64,000 nt of DNA, from NCBI RefSeq assembly GCF_009914755.1, contig NC_060933.1, one strand, 5' to 3'. The first letter of the stretch is position 1; every line of letters starts with the position of its first letter. The position numbers were made by a program, and so were the translations under genes. A model generated the notes under the pieces. The model was not told the DNA's origin. It worked only from the letters and a program-made list of their open reading frames with translations, and did not search any database. Positions 45,162-56,500 of this stretch are shown here, piece by piece. The DNA is from the human T2T-CHM13v2.0 reference genome, Homo sapiens.

Positions 45162-45560
45162 GGAAGCCACTGCTCCATGTCAGCGAGGCTGGACCCCCGT
45201 CCTGCAGGGTCACAATCCCTCCAGCCAGAAGCCACTGCTCCATGTCAGCGAGGCCGGACCCCCGTCCTGCAGGGTCACAATCCCTCCAGCCAGAAGCCAC
45301 TGCTCCATGTCAGCGAGGCCGGACCCCCGTCCTGCAGGGTCACAATCCCTCCAGCCAGGAAGCCACTGCTCGATGTCAGCGAGGCTGGACCCCCGTCCTA
45401 CAGGGTCACAGTTCCTGCAGCCTGGAAGCCACTGCTCGATGTCAGCGAGGCTGGACCCCCGTCCTGCAGGGTCACAGTTCCTGCAGCCTGGAAGCCACTG
45501 CTCGATGTCAGCGAGGCTGGACCCCCGTCCTGCAGGGTCACAATCCCTCCAGCCAGAAGC
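45162..45560. repeat. 65-67-bp minisatellite, 6 copies
   Basis: gaagccactgctc[c/g]atgtcagcgaggc[t/c]ggacccccgtcctgcagggtcaca… repeated head to tail. Confidence 0.95.
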
Positions 45561-46704
45561 CGCTCCCAGGTCGAGCACAACCTTATTGTCAATCACTGTG
45601 ACACAATTATGTGTCAATCACAGGCCACGTTCTTGATCAATCTCCTCTGTGGCCACCCAGGACCCTGCAGACCTCACAAGCCAAGGAGATGAGTGGAGCC
45701 CGGACGTACTTGTAAAAGCAGGTGACACCGTCATGTGTGATGTCAGGCTCATGCTGGGCACCGTGAGGAGAGCATCCCGCAGGCCCAGGACAGCGCAGGG
45801 AGACCAGGCAGGTAGCTGCCACCTCCATGCAGGTGAGGGACGGGGGTGTGGAGGTGGGGAGGAGTGTGGAGAAGCAGGCAATGTGTGCAGTATGCTGATG
45901 GCCCTGGATGGTGCCTCCAGACACCAATCACATTGCACGGGATGTGAATTCCATCTCAATGCAGCTGCTGAAACAAAACCCCCGGGTGCGTGGAGCCCTC
46001 TGCCTGCGTCTGCAGCTGCGCGTTCATCAGCTCAATAAATCCTCCCAGAGATGAGTCTGAAACCCTATGAGGTGTCTACTTAGCATCAGACACTACTCTG
46101 AGTGATTTAGCTCTATCCACTCTCACTCCTCCCCTCTCTACCAAGCCCATTTGACAGATGAGATATGGGCTTGGTGAGGCTGCGTCGCAGGCAGCATCCA
46201 GGACAGGACAGAACTAAGCCTGGCCCGGCTGCCAGCTGGGCCAGGGGTTGTGGGTGAACCCGGAAGGCAGAGCCAAAGGAACAACTCACAGGCCAGGCAG
46301 GGCCCAGGGCAAGGGGCACTCATGGGTGCCACCAACGGAGGCCTGAACTTTGGGGACGGCAGAGATAATGGGGAGCAGGGAAAGGAGAGTGAGGGCCAAG
46401 GGCCAGGCCCGAATGCTCCGCTCCTATGTCTGAGGTGTCCAAGGGCCCAGATGTGAATGGGGGCCTCCACAGCAGCCCAAACCCGACACGCACCCACCGC
46501 CAGCCTCCCCCTCTCACCTCCCTCACCAAAGGACAGAATCCCGCACCTCCCAGACTCGGATGTCCATTCCCAAGGCCCATGGGAGGGACACACTGGTGAC
46601 CCTCAGGCAGACGGGCATCCAGCCCACAGCCTTGGGGGTTCCTCCAGGCAGCCCACCTGCCCACTCCCGCTCATGCTGCGCACGGAGATGAACCTGGAGC
46701 CGGC

Positions 46705-47072
46705 TGACGTGGTCCGGCTGTGTCCCCACCCAAATCTTGAATTGCAGTCCCCGTAATCCCGAGTCCTGGGAGGGATCCAGTGGGAGGTAATGGAATCATG
46801 GGGGCGGTGACCCTCATGCTGTTCTCGTGATAGTGAGTTCTCACGAGATCTGATGGTTTTTTAAGGGGTTCTCTCCCGCTTCGCTCTGCATTTTTCCTTG
46901 CTGCTGCCACCATGTGAAGAAGGATGTGTTTCCTTCTCCTTCCGCCACAATTTGTCAGTTTCCTGAGGCCTCCCCAGCCAATGCTGAACTGTGAGTCAAT
47001 TAAGCTTCTTTCCTTTATAAATTACCCAGTCTTGGGCAGTTCTTTATAGCAGCATGAAAAGGGATTGATACA
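46705..47072. mobile_element. THE1/MST (MaLR) solo LTR
   Basis: ggctgtgtccccacccaaatct…tctttatagcagcatgaaa…ataca; near-TSD ccggc/cctgc. Confidence 0.85.
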
Positions 47073-47904
47073 CCTGCCCACCCCGCCCCTCCCCTCAGGG
47101 AACCAGGCACGACCCCAGCGTGGACGCCTGGAGAGAGAATGTAGCTCCCAGAGGGGCAGCTGAGCATGTGCGTCTCGGAGCTGGGGGCCTCCTGCACCTC
47201 CTGGGTGAAGAGATTCAGAGACAGCTGAGGGCAGGCAGGGGGAGGGCACCCCACTCCCGTCTGCATGCTGGTTCCCACTGCCAGCCCCGAAACCCGTTGG
47301 TGGAGACCCTTCAGATGGGCATCAGAGTTCACTCCTGGGGCCTCCCTAGACCCCACCTCCCACCCCACCCTCATGTGACCCAGCACCTCCCCCAAACCGC
47401 CTCAAGGGTCCAAGGTGTGCCATCCTCTCCTCAGGCCTCCTCTTCCAAGGAGCCCCCGGACATTAAGGAGGACCAAGGCTTCTCACACACTGTGGGCCGA
47501 GGAGACACACACACAAGCCATGACCTGGGCACCGGGAACCACTGCAGGGACAGCTGATGAGGGTCAAAAGGCCAGAAAAGTCCAGGAGTCAGGAAGATTC
47601 TGGAAGTTTCTGGAAAGAAAGGGGAGGGAGGGCCTCGTGCTGGGCTGTGGAAGGTGACTAGGTGCGGCCCTGACCAGGGACCCCCGGCTCCCAGTTGGGG
47701 TGCAGCACGGACTCTTCCCCCCATGCTGGCCACGGAACAACACTGAGGGGAAGCCAGGCAGCACAGTGGCCCACCCTGCCGCGCCACCCCATGGCCACCT
47801 TCATGCTTGGACAGCCACGCCCCACTCAGCTCGTGACAGCCAGGGGCAGCTGGGTGCCGACCGGAGGGGTGGTAGGGTCTCCTTGGTCAGCCGGAGCAGG
47901 GCTG

Positions 47905-48588
47905 ATACATACACCCAGTGCAAATATAGGCATGCACACCAATAGTCACAACCATGTACGCACACCAACACACACGGGAGCACAAACACATACACACCAA
48001 CACAGTGCACATACATGCACACACACCAGCACAGTGCACACACACACTGCGAACAGCACACACATATGCACATGCACACACCAGTGCACACACGTACACA
48101 CGAGAGCACAAATACATGCATACACACCAACACAGTGCACACAATGCACACGGGCCGACAGTGCACAAACATGCATGCACACACCAACACAGTGCACACA
48201 TGCATGCACACCACAGTGGAGACATCACACACATGCACACCACAGTACACACACATGCAGACACCAATACCGTACACATATGTGCACACTGCACACAGAC
48301 ATGCACATACCAACACCTGGCACAAGCACCCATGCACACACACAACTGCAGTTTGCACAGTGCAAAAGCATGCGTACCAACACAAATGGGAACAGAAACG
48401 CACATACAACACAGCACACAAACGCACACATGGCAACAGTACACACACACAACCACAGTGCAAACGTGGACACACACCAACACATGGGACACACACACAC
48501 GCACACCAACATATGGATGCGCAAACACTCAAGTACTAGCACGAAGCTGTGCATACCCACGAACACGTGTGCACACACATGCACACAC
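47905..48588. repeat. Degenerate (CA)n-rich low-complexity tract
   Basis: About 680 bp of cacac/tgca repeats. Confidence 0.95.
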
Positions 48589-48589
48589 G

Positions 48590-48990
48590 GTACTACAGTC
48601 TGGACGTCTCCTCCAAATCTCATGTCGAAATGTGATCCCCAGTGTTGGAGGTGGGACCTGGTGAGAGATGACTGGATCATGGGGGCAGGTCCCTCACGAA
48701 TAGCTTAGTGCCAGCCCTTTGGTGATGAGTGAGTCCTCGCTGTCAGTTCACGTGAGATCTGGTTGTTGAAGAGTTTGGGACCTCCCTCCTCTCTCTTGCT
48801 TCCACTCTACGTAATGTGCTTGCTCCCGCTTTGCCTTCTGCCATGATTGGAAGTTTCCTGAGGCCTCCCAGGAGCAGAAGTCACTACGCTTCCTGTACAC
48901 CCTGCAGAACCGTGAGCCGACTAAATCTCTTTTCTTCCTCCATCACCCAGTCTTAAGTATCGCTTTACGGCCGTGCAGTAGTGAACACAA
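48590..48990. mobile_element. MST (MaLR) LTR
   Basis: ccaaatctcatgtcgaaatgtgatccccagtgttggaggtggg…ctgcagaaccgtgagcc motifs. Confidence 0.8.
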
Positions 48991-50218
48991 TGGTCTTCTA
49001 GGAGACACTCTTGAAATCTGGCTGCCTGTGTCGACCCCTAATGAACAGAACACGGAAGAGCAGCCTCGTGCTCCCGGCTGGGCCCCGACCACCACTCTGT
49101 CCACCAGAGGTCTGAAGGCTCCTCCGCCTCTGCCGCAGGGTCTCAGCAACACGGGCCATCAGTGCCCGGTGGCATTGGCAACCCAGGGATGCTGTTCTGC
49201 AGCCAACAGCCTCAGGCATCCAGCTGGACCTGAACCTCCTTCCAAGGGACCACGATGGGTGCTCAGAGCCAGTCCTGATGGCCTTGGGCCCCTCACCAAA
49301 GCCCCCTGGGGTCTGCCCGCCACCCACAGCCTGGTGTCTGCACGGCGCTTGCTCCCTGGAGCCTCCTAACCTCCTGCCCACGGCAGGCCCTCCTAAGCCT
49401 TTGCCTGAATGACTCAGAGGAATGAATGGAACATTCTGGCTGGCTGCGGGGGCGGCTGCATGCAGGCACAGGGCTGCAGCCTGGTGGGGCTCTGAGCCCA
49501 CGCTCAGACCTGTTTCCTCTACCTGGGCGACAGAGACTGCGCTGGCCCCTGGAACACTGCCCTGGTGGGCGTGCTATCCAGATGGGGATAGCAGGGTGAG
49601 ACCCTGAGCATCCGGGGTCGGAGACCAGCACCACCTGTGCTGTGGCTGAAGAACAGGCGGGCACCTAAGCACCATCCAAAGAGCTCGGCCCTTCCTCTAA
49701 GTAACCTGCCCACCCCGACTCCGAAGTAACCCAGCTCCCCTCCAGATCTCAGGGTGTAGGGCTGGGAATAGGACCAGACACTGAGGCCAGGTGACCTCTG
49801 CCCAGGGTCCCCTATTCCCCATGCACAGTGAGTGCAGAGATGACCAGCAGTGGAAGTGGAAGCCAGCCCTTCCCTTGGAGCCCCCTGGGCTGGGAGAGGA
49901 CAGCAGGCTTTTCCTAAAGGACTCTCCTCCCTGCAGCTCTGAGTGGCAACGAGCAGGAAAAGCAGCTCACAGAGCAGCCTCCAGGCACCAAGACCGTGAG
50001 GCCACATCGCCTCCAGGGAGCAGGTCCCACAGCACCCCTACCCCAGGGCACCAGGACTGGGTTATTCCGGGATTTCGCAGTGCTGAGAACTTTGGAGAAC
50101 AAAATCCCCGGCAGCTGCCTGAACGCTGAACGGAGGTGGCGCGATCCGCCTGATGAATCAGGCTAATTACACAGAAGCCACACAGGTTTTGCTTCCTCCA
50201 GGAAAACTGCTTTCCCTC

Positions 50219-50224
50219 TTTAAT
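50219..50224 (-). terminator. SOHLH1: Candidate SOHLH1 poly(A) signal ATTAAA
   Basis: About 150 nt downstream of the long-isoform stop on the minus strand. Confidence 0.6.
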
Positions 50225-50376
50225 ATTCACTATCCTCTTCTCACAGCCTGTAAGCCTCGCTCAAATTAGGGTGCAGCTGCAACCCAAACCCAAAATAAAA
50301 TGCCCAAGCACGCGACAGGGACACACACGGCTCCAGATCCACCGGCCCCGCCCGCCTCCTCTCCACAGCCTGGCTG

Positions 50377-53300
50377 CTAGCAGGCAAAGAAGTCAGGGAA
50401 GATGCTCTCCACCTCGTCCTTCAGGGCCAGGCCTGCACAGTCCACATCCAGGCCCCACGGCTCCAGAGGGCTGTCCTGGAGCTCCTGGGAGCCAAGCTCA
50501 GGGTCCCCTAGGAAGCCTGGCTCTCCAACATCCAGTGGACTGCTCTCAGCTGGGGCCCATGCAGGGCCACTGCCTCCTCGACCCTCCAGAGACCCTGGAA
50601 GCAAACAGGACACATCGGCAGGGCAGGCAGGTGCTCTGGGAGCTTGAGGCAGACAGGTGGGGTCGGAGGAACAGAGCTCCCACCTCAGTCCGTCTGCCCT
50701 GCCCTGTCCCCGCTGCACAGAGGCTGTGATGAGGTGGGTGAGCTCATACCTGGTGGCCCCAGACCCAGGACACCTGTTGGACCAGAACCAGGAACGGGCT
50801 CCCAAACACTAAATCCTAAATGGAATGGACACACGCCATGTCACAGGGCCATACACCTTTGCCGGCCAGCACGGGCTGGACCAGGGGCCTCGCTGACACA
50901 GGGTCAAGGGGAAGAATACAGGGCTCCAAGCACCGCCAGCTCTCATGCAGGCTCGTCCACATCACGTTCACTCACACACTCACATATCACCTATAACGCT
51001 CAATACCAGACACGGCCCAACAGCTAAGCACCAACGGTGGAGAAAACGGGGGCTCAGACACAGACCCTGGGGCCCCCTGACACACGCTAGGCCTGAGTCC
51101 CAATTCCCCAGCTCATATCAGGTGCTTACGCAGGGGGACCAGCCCTGAACCCAGGGCCCCACTCACCCGGCCACGAGCTGGGACCAGCAGTCAGCAGGAA
51201 GGACGTCCCATCGTCCACATCAGACCCCAACGCAGACCTGGAGGCGACAAGCTCTTCCTCAGTGGCCACAAGCGGACCCAGACCTTGGAGCTCAAGGAAA
51301 CATTTGGGCCCAAGTCCTGCAAAGGCAGCTTCGAATGCAAAGATCTAGGCACCACTCCTGACAGGCTCCACCCTGCCCAGCGGGGAGAAACGCAGAGGCC
51401 ACAGCCGCTGAGGACACGGGCCAGCGGCTCTCGCGGGTCCCGATCCGTCCTGCAGAGCATCTCTGCCGGTTTCTCTCCAGCCACAGTCTCGCTCTTCTCG
51501 TCCCCTCCCTCCCCCTCCCCTCCCCCTCCCACACCCCAGCTGGTATGTGCTCACGAAACACAAACTCATTTTACTATCAGCCAAAACAAATGACAATTAG
51601 GAAGACAAAAGTGTTTCCAGAAACACACATTAGAAAGCCACACGGCAAGGCTGGCTGGTCCTGTCCTGGGCTGTGGCCTTGGCCTCCCTCCCACGGGCAC
51701 AGAAGCAGAGACGGAAACTTCCAGATGCCGAGAAAGTGGGCCCAAGCAGGACTGGGAGGAGGTGGGACAGGCTCACACACACATGCTTGCTCACGCACAC
51801 ACAGGCGTGCACACCACCTGGGCACTCACCCGGCCTCCTGCGCCAGCATGGGGTCCTCCTTGGCTGGCTCCCCAAGAGGTGCAGCCCCCATGGCCAGGGA
51901 ACCAGCCTGGCCCAGCCAGCCAAGGGCCTCCCCGCTCATCACGGGCAAGGTCTGCTGCTGCGAGAACGGAGGCCAGGACAGGGGTGGCCTCACAGCCTTA
52001 GGAAGACTCCGGCCTGGGGGCCACGGCACCAGGCTGGAAGGTTCTGGGAGAGAAGTCAGATGCGGGTCAGCCTTCCCTGCCCAGCCCCACAGGCTGCCCC
52101 CGAGGACCTCGTGACTCACGGGCTCGGTCCACTCACGCTGACCGAGCACCTGCCCTGCTGCCTGCACCCTGCAGCAGGGACACGTGGGAGGAAGCTCAGA
52201 AGCGGGTGGCACACAGGTAAACAAGGAAAAGATGAACACCCAAAGGTGGGGTGCCCAACACCTGGGGGCCAAGGGCTTCCTAGAGGGGGTGCTGGCTTGG
52301 CCAGCCACAAGGGGCTTGGATCTGGGGACCCTCTCAGCACCGCCTCCCGGACCTCGAGCTCTGCCCTCAGACCTGCTCGCTCCCCACGTGCCTGGCTGAC
52401 TCCTGGGTTTCCGGAGTGCCCTGATGACCCCAGCTCTGACACCAGCCCTGCCAACTGCATGACTGCTCCCAGCCACAGCTGGGAGCCAAAAGGCACAGCC
52501 CTGCCTCTCATGGCACCTGGCGACTTCCAGACGCTACCACAGCAGGGGCCGAGGGGAGTTCGGTCATCAGAGGCGCCCTGCAGGGCCACCCACAGAGGGA
52601 CCAGAGCTCAGCTGTGGGTGGCATTAGGGACAAAGGCCCCGGGTGGCAGAGGGAACAGCTGGGAGGCCTCGGGCCCCTGGCTCACCCCAATTACAGTTCC
52701 TGCCATGGCCAGGCAGCATAGGCGGAAGGGCAGATGGGGCGCCCCGGGGAAAACAGATCTCCGGCCACATCCAAAACACACCAGCCATAGGCGGGTGAGA
52801 GAAGCAGGGCCACAAAGCTGGACGGAGCAACCAGGATGGGGCCGAGTCCCTCTACCTCCCCACTTCCCACAGACCCAGGACAGAACCAAGTCCCTCTACG
52901 TCCCCATGCTTCCCAGCAGACCCAGGGAGTGACCAGGATGGGGCCAAGTCCCTCTACGTCCCCACGCTTCCCAGCAGACCCAGGGAGTGACCAGGATGGG
53001 GCAAGTCCCTCTACGTCCCCATACTTCCTGCAGACCCAGGGAGTGACCAGGATGGGGCCAAGTCCCTCTACGTCCCCATGCTTCCCAGCAGACCCAGGGA
53101 CCCAGGGAGGAGAAGATCAGGCCCTCCCTTCCCTGGAGCACATGGCAGTCCCAGGAGGAGACAGGATAGAAGGAACAGCTCCCATGGTGGCCTTTGCCCA
53201 GGACTCTCCCTTCCTCGAGCCACACTTCCTCCCTCCCGAGAGCACACGTCCTCCTTTTCACAAAAGCAGGCACAGCCCGGGGGCCTTGAATCAAGCTCAT

Positions 53301-56300
53301 CCCTCAACACGTGGGTTTCTCACCAACACAAGGGCCTGGGAAAACTTCGAACCCCCGTTTGCAAACAGCCCCCATTGTTCTTAGGGCTAAAGCACAGCCT
53401 GGCGCCGCTCCCCAGGCCAAAGGCACCCCACATGCACACCCAGGACTCACCTGAGAAAGGGGGCAGCCCACCCCGCACCTGGCACAGCCCCAACAGTGCC
53501 TCACACTTGTCCGTGCCCAGGGACGTGCAGCTCGCGGGGTCCCACTGCCTGGAGGACGCAAGGATGTGCGGCACGGGCTCTGGGCTGGCCGACGCTGGAT
53601 CCAGGGACCAAGGACTTTCCAGAAACGCCTTCACATCTGGGGTTCTAGAAGGAGCAACATGACAAGGATCCTGGGTCTATTCCCCAGCCCCCTGGAAGGC
53701 TGCCCCCACCCACCCCAAGAGCAGAGGGCTGGACCCATCCCCAGGACACCCCAGGCACCACCCAGCATCAAGCCAGCCTCTGCCCAGGGGCCCTGGGCCA
53801 GCCAAGCTCCACAGCTGTCTACCCAGTTTCCCTCTGCCCAACTCCTCCGGTTCTAGATTCTTCCACAGCTAATTAGCCACCAGTCCCATGCCCCAGCCTG
53901 CTTTGGGGTAAAATGGGTACATTTAAACACAAGATGCAGACAGTCCTTCAACCTGGGGAGCTGCCATTCTGAAAAGAACCAAATTATCTTGACTTCAGAA
54001 AACTGCATTCCTGAAGCTGCCCATGGGGAGGAGTATGACACCTCACTGACCACCTGTAAATTCCCCACACACAGGAGCAGAAGAGATCCTCCCGGGCACC
54101 TCCCACCTCCACACCAGCCCAGGCCCTCAATTCTGCTGACCGCGCTCCCCCCTTGCTGGAGCTCGCCCATGTTGGTCACCTCACACCTGGCCACCTGAGT
54201 TGGCAGGGCCCTGGGCAGGTCACCACCTGCGGAGGCCAAGCCGGGCCTCCAGGCCACACCCTCCCGAGGACATGCCAGGGGGCTTTGGGTCTGCTGCTCC
54301 CAGGGTCACCCAGCCCTGGAGAGCGGGCCCCAGGAGACACTAACCGAGTCCCGCTGGACGCTCCCGTCCCAGGGTCTGGCACACCTGCTTGAATCTGACT
54401 CGACAACGTCAACTGTAAAACATCCTCCTGCAACGAGTGCCACATTTCCTTGGAGGAAGCAAGAATCTGAAATTTAAGTAAACATGTAAAACAAAGACAG
54501 AGACAGTCAGCTGAGAAACCCAAGACACGGTGACAAGACTGCTACCCCAGGGCCTGGAGGGTCACTGTGAGCTCGGTCCCCGCTTGGAACTTGGGGGCGA
54601 GAGTACAGGTTGACAACGAGGCTGAGGTTCCACCCCCGAAAGGCCCCACCATTCCTGAATCAGGCTGTGCATACCCAAGGGCCTCACTGCAAATGCTGGG
54701 ACCCCTGACCTCACAGATGACAACACAGTTTCATTCCCCACGCAGGTCCGCAGCCCCAGCACTCACGGGGTCAGCCAGAGCCCCCAGAGCCTTGGAGAGG
54801 GGAGAGGAGCCTCTCTCGGAGACGTGCAGAGAAATGATCTAGGGGGTGCTCAGCCAGGGAGGATCAGGAGACCCCAACTCTCCCCCAAATTGGCACGGAG
54901 CATCTCGGCAACCCATCAATGAACAGGACTCAGGGGCACAGGAGGGCTGGAAAGGAAGGCTTGCTCCTTTCCAGGGACAGAATAACAACAGGTAAGGCTT
55001 GAACAAATCAGGAAGTGCCCTGCCGAAAACGTGGCCTGCTCTAGCCGTGGAGACCCAGAGGGCTGAAGGAGACGGGGATGACAGGGGACACACTGCCTGC
55101 AAGGTGGTGAGATGTCCCATCACCGTGACGCCGGAGGACTGACGGCGTCTACCCTTACAACTCACAGCGTGCTGCTCCTGACTGGGCCCCAGGGCGCTGG
55201 CAAGCCGCAGGAACTGCACAGACATCTCCAGGACCGAGGCCATGTCCTCCCGCCGGCCATCGAACTGGGGCAGCAGGGCCCGCAGACGCTCACAGCTCAA
55301 CGACATCCGCTTCCTGGTTCCGGTCAAGAAACAAATATCTCTGGGCCCTCCTGCCCTCCCCGAGAAGGGACAGCAACTGCTAGAACCTGCCAGATAGACC
55401 CTGGGCGCTTGTCAGGCAGAGGGGGCTACAAGATGACTCAGAGCTGCCCCCGTGGTCTGAAGCCCCGAGATCCACATCAGAGCACAGCCTGGGCCTGACC
55501 CCTGGACCTCGGCGACAGGCTGTCCAGCCCAGGCCCAAACCATGGCTGCTTTGCGGTGTGGAAAAGACAGCGAGGGTCAGAGGCAGTCAGAAGCACAGAG
55601 GGTCACAGGTGCACAGCCTCAAAAGGCCAAGGCTTCAGGATAAAGAGGGGCTGCAGGATGTTCCCCAACACGGCTTTTCTGGTTTACTTGGAGATGTGCA
55701 GTCTGTCCTTCTCCTGGGCACAGGCCACGAGCCCCTCCCAGCTGCCTGACACCTGGTGGCAGCCCCGAACATAATCTCACCCGCTCCACCCCTTTACAGC
55801 GCCCTCACCCCTGGGAGGCACCACCACTCACCTGCGCTCCCTCTCGCTGATCACGTTCCGCCGAAGGCAGGAGCTGGGACCCTCGGCCACCGTAGGGGCC
55901 TTGGGCGGGCCCGAGCCCTGGGCCGAGTCCTCGCAGCAGGAGAGGGCACCAGACAGGGAGCCGCTGCCGAGAAAGCCAAGAGCACCGGGCCCTGAGAACC
56001 CCAGAAAAGGCCACCAGGAGTCCCAGATGCCAGAATGGGCGTCTTTGGGGTGCGGGTGGAAGCCAAGACTGGGTCACGTAGGGACACGGCCCGGCCCTCT
56101 CTGCACCCCTTCCCCTCTCCCAGGGTCCAGGGCTCCGCCCCAGGAGGCCCAGGATGGGTGGAGCCCAGCAACTTGCGGAAGAACCCCTGGGTACAGGCCT
56201 TGGGCCCCCAACCCCTTGGCTGCCAGCCCAATTCCTCACTTGCATCCCCTGACGGTGGGGATTCTGGAGACCTCCGGGTAGGGCTCGGAGCACCGGGACG

Positions 56301-56304
56301 CCAT
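50377..56304 (-). CDS. SOHLH1: Spermatogenesis- and oogenesis-specific bHLH protein 1, long isoform, 387 aa. Exons 56304-56240, 55963-55832, 55313-55166, 54466-54345, 53644-53451, 52043-51830, 51237-51167, 50594-50377
   Basis: MASRCSEPYPEVSRIPTVRGCN…; bHLH RRNVISERERRKRMSLSCERLRALLPQFDGRREDMASVLEMSVQFL; all introns GT-AG with consistent phases; 1164 nt total, ending FPDFFAC*. Confidence 0.97.
51126..51237 (-). CDS. SOHLH1: SOHLH1 short-isoform terminal coding segment (exon 7 read-through, 328 aa protein)
   Basis: Ignoring the donor at 51166 gives …SSWPGEWGPGFRAGPPA* (TAA at 51128-51126); 987 nt total. Confidence 0.8.
52831..53107. repeat. ~58-bp minisatellite in SOHLH1 intron 5 (4-5 copies)
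   Basis: accaggatggggccaagtccctctacgtccccatgcttcccagcagacccagggagtg repeated. Confidence 0.9.
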
Positions 56305-56339
56305 GAACTCGCAGCTGCGGAGCGACCCCACGCGCACGG

Positions 56340-56500
56340 CCCCTTCCGCAGGCAGCCCCGCCCCCTCACGTGTGCTCTGCCCACCTGCCACGTGCTTTCC
56401 ACCTAGCCCACCCCACCCCCACTTGCAATCCGCCCCCATAGCGCATGCGCTCTAGCCCTCCCCACGCAGCCAGCCCGGGGCCCACGTGACCCGCGTTCCT
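56340..56500 (-). promoter_or_regulatory. SOHLH1: SOHLH1 proximal promoter: three CACGTG E-boxes, NRF1 palindrome, GC boxes
   Basis: CACGTG at 56367, 56389 and 56483; GCGCATGCGC at 56441-56450; CCGCCC at ~56358 and ~56430. Confidence 0.75.

Noticed and set aside
45162-45560. CRISPR-like array (also 35886-36775 and 52831-53107)
   Set aside because: No unique spacers, no cas genes, mammalian context; these are ordinary minisatellites.
41059-45692. Long ORFs of 295, 333 and 293 aa
   Set aside because: GC-rich, stop-poor DNA and VNTR read-through; no recognisable domains or exon structure.
51673-52932. 419-aa plus-strand ORF
   Set aside because: Antisense to SOHLH1 exon 6/intron 5 in GC-rich DNA, non-ATG start, no homology recognised.
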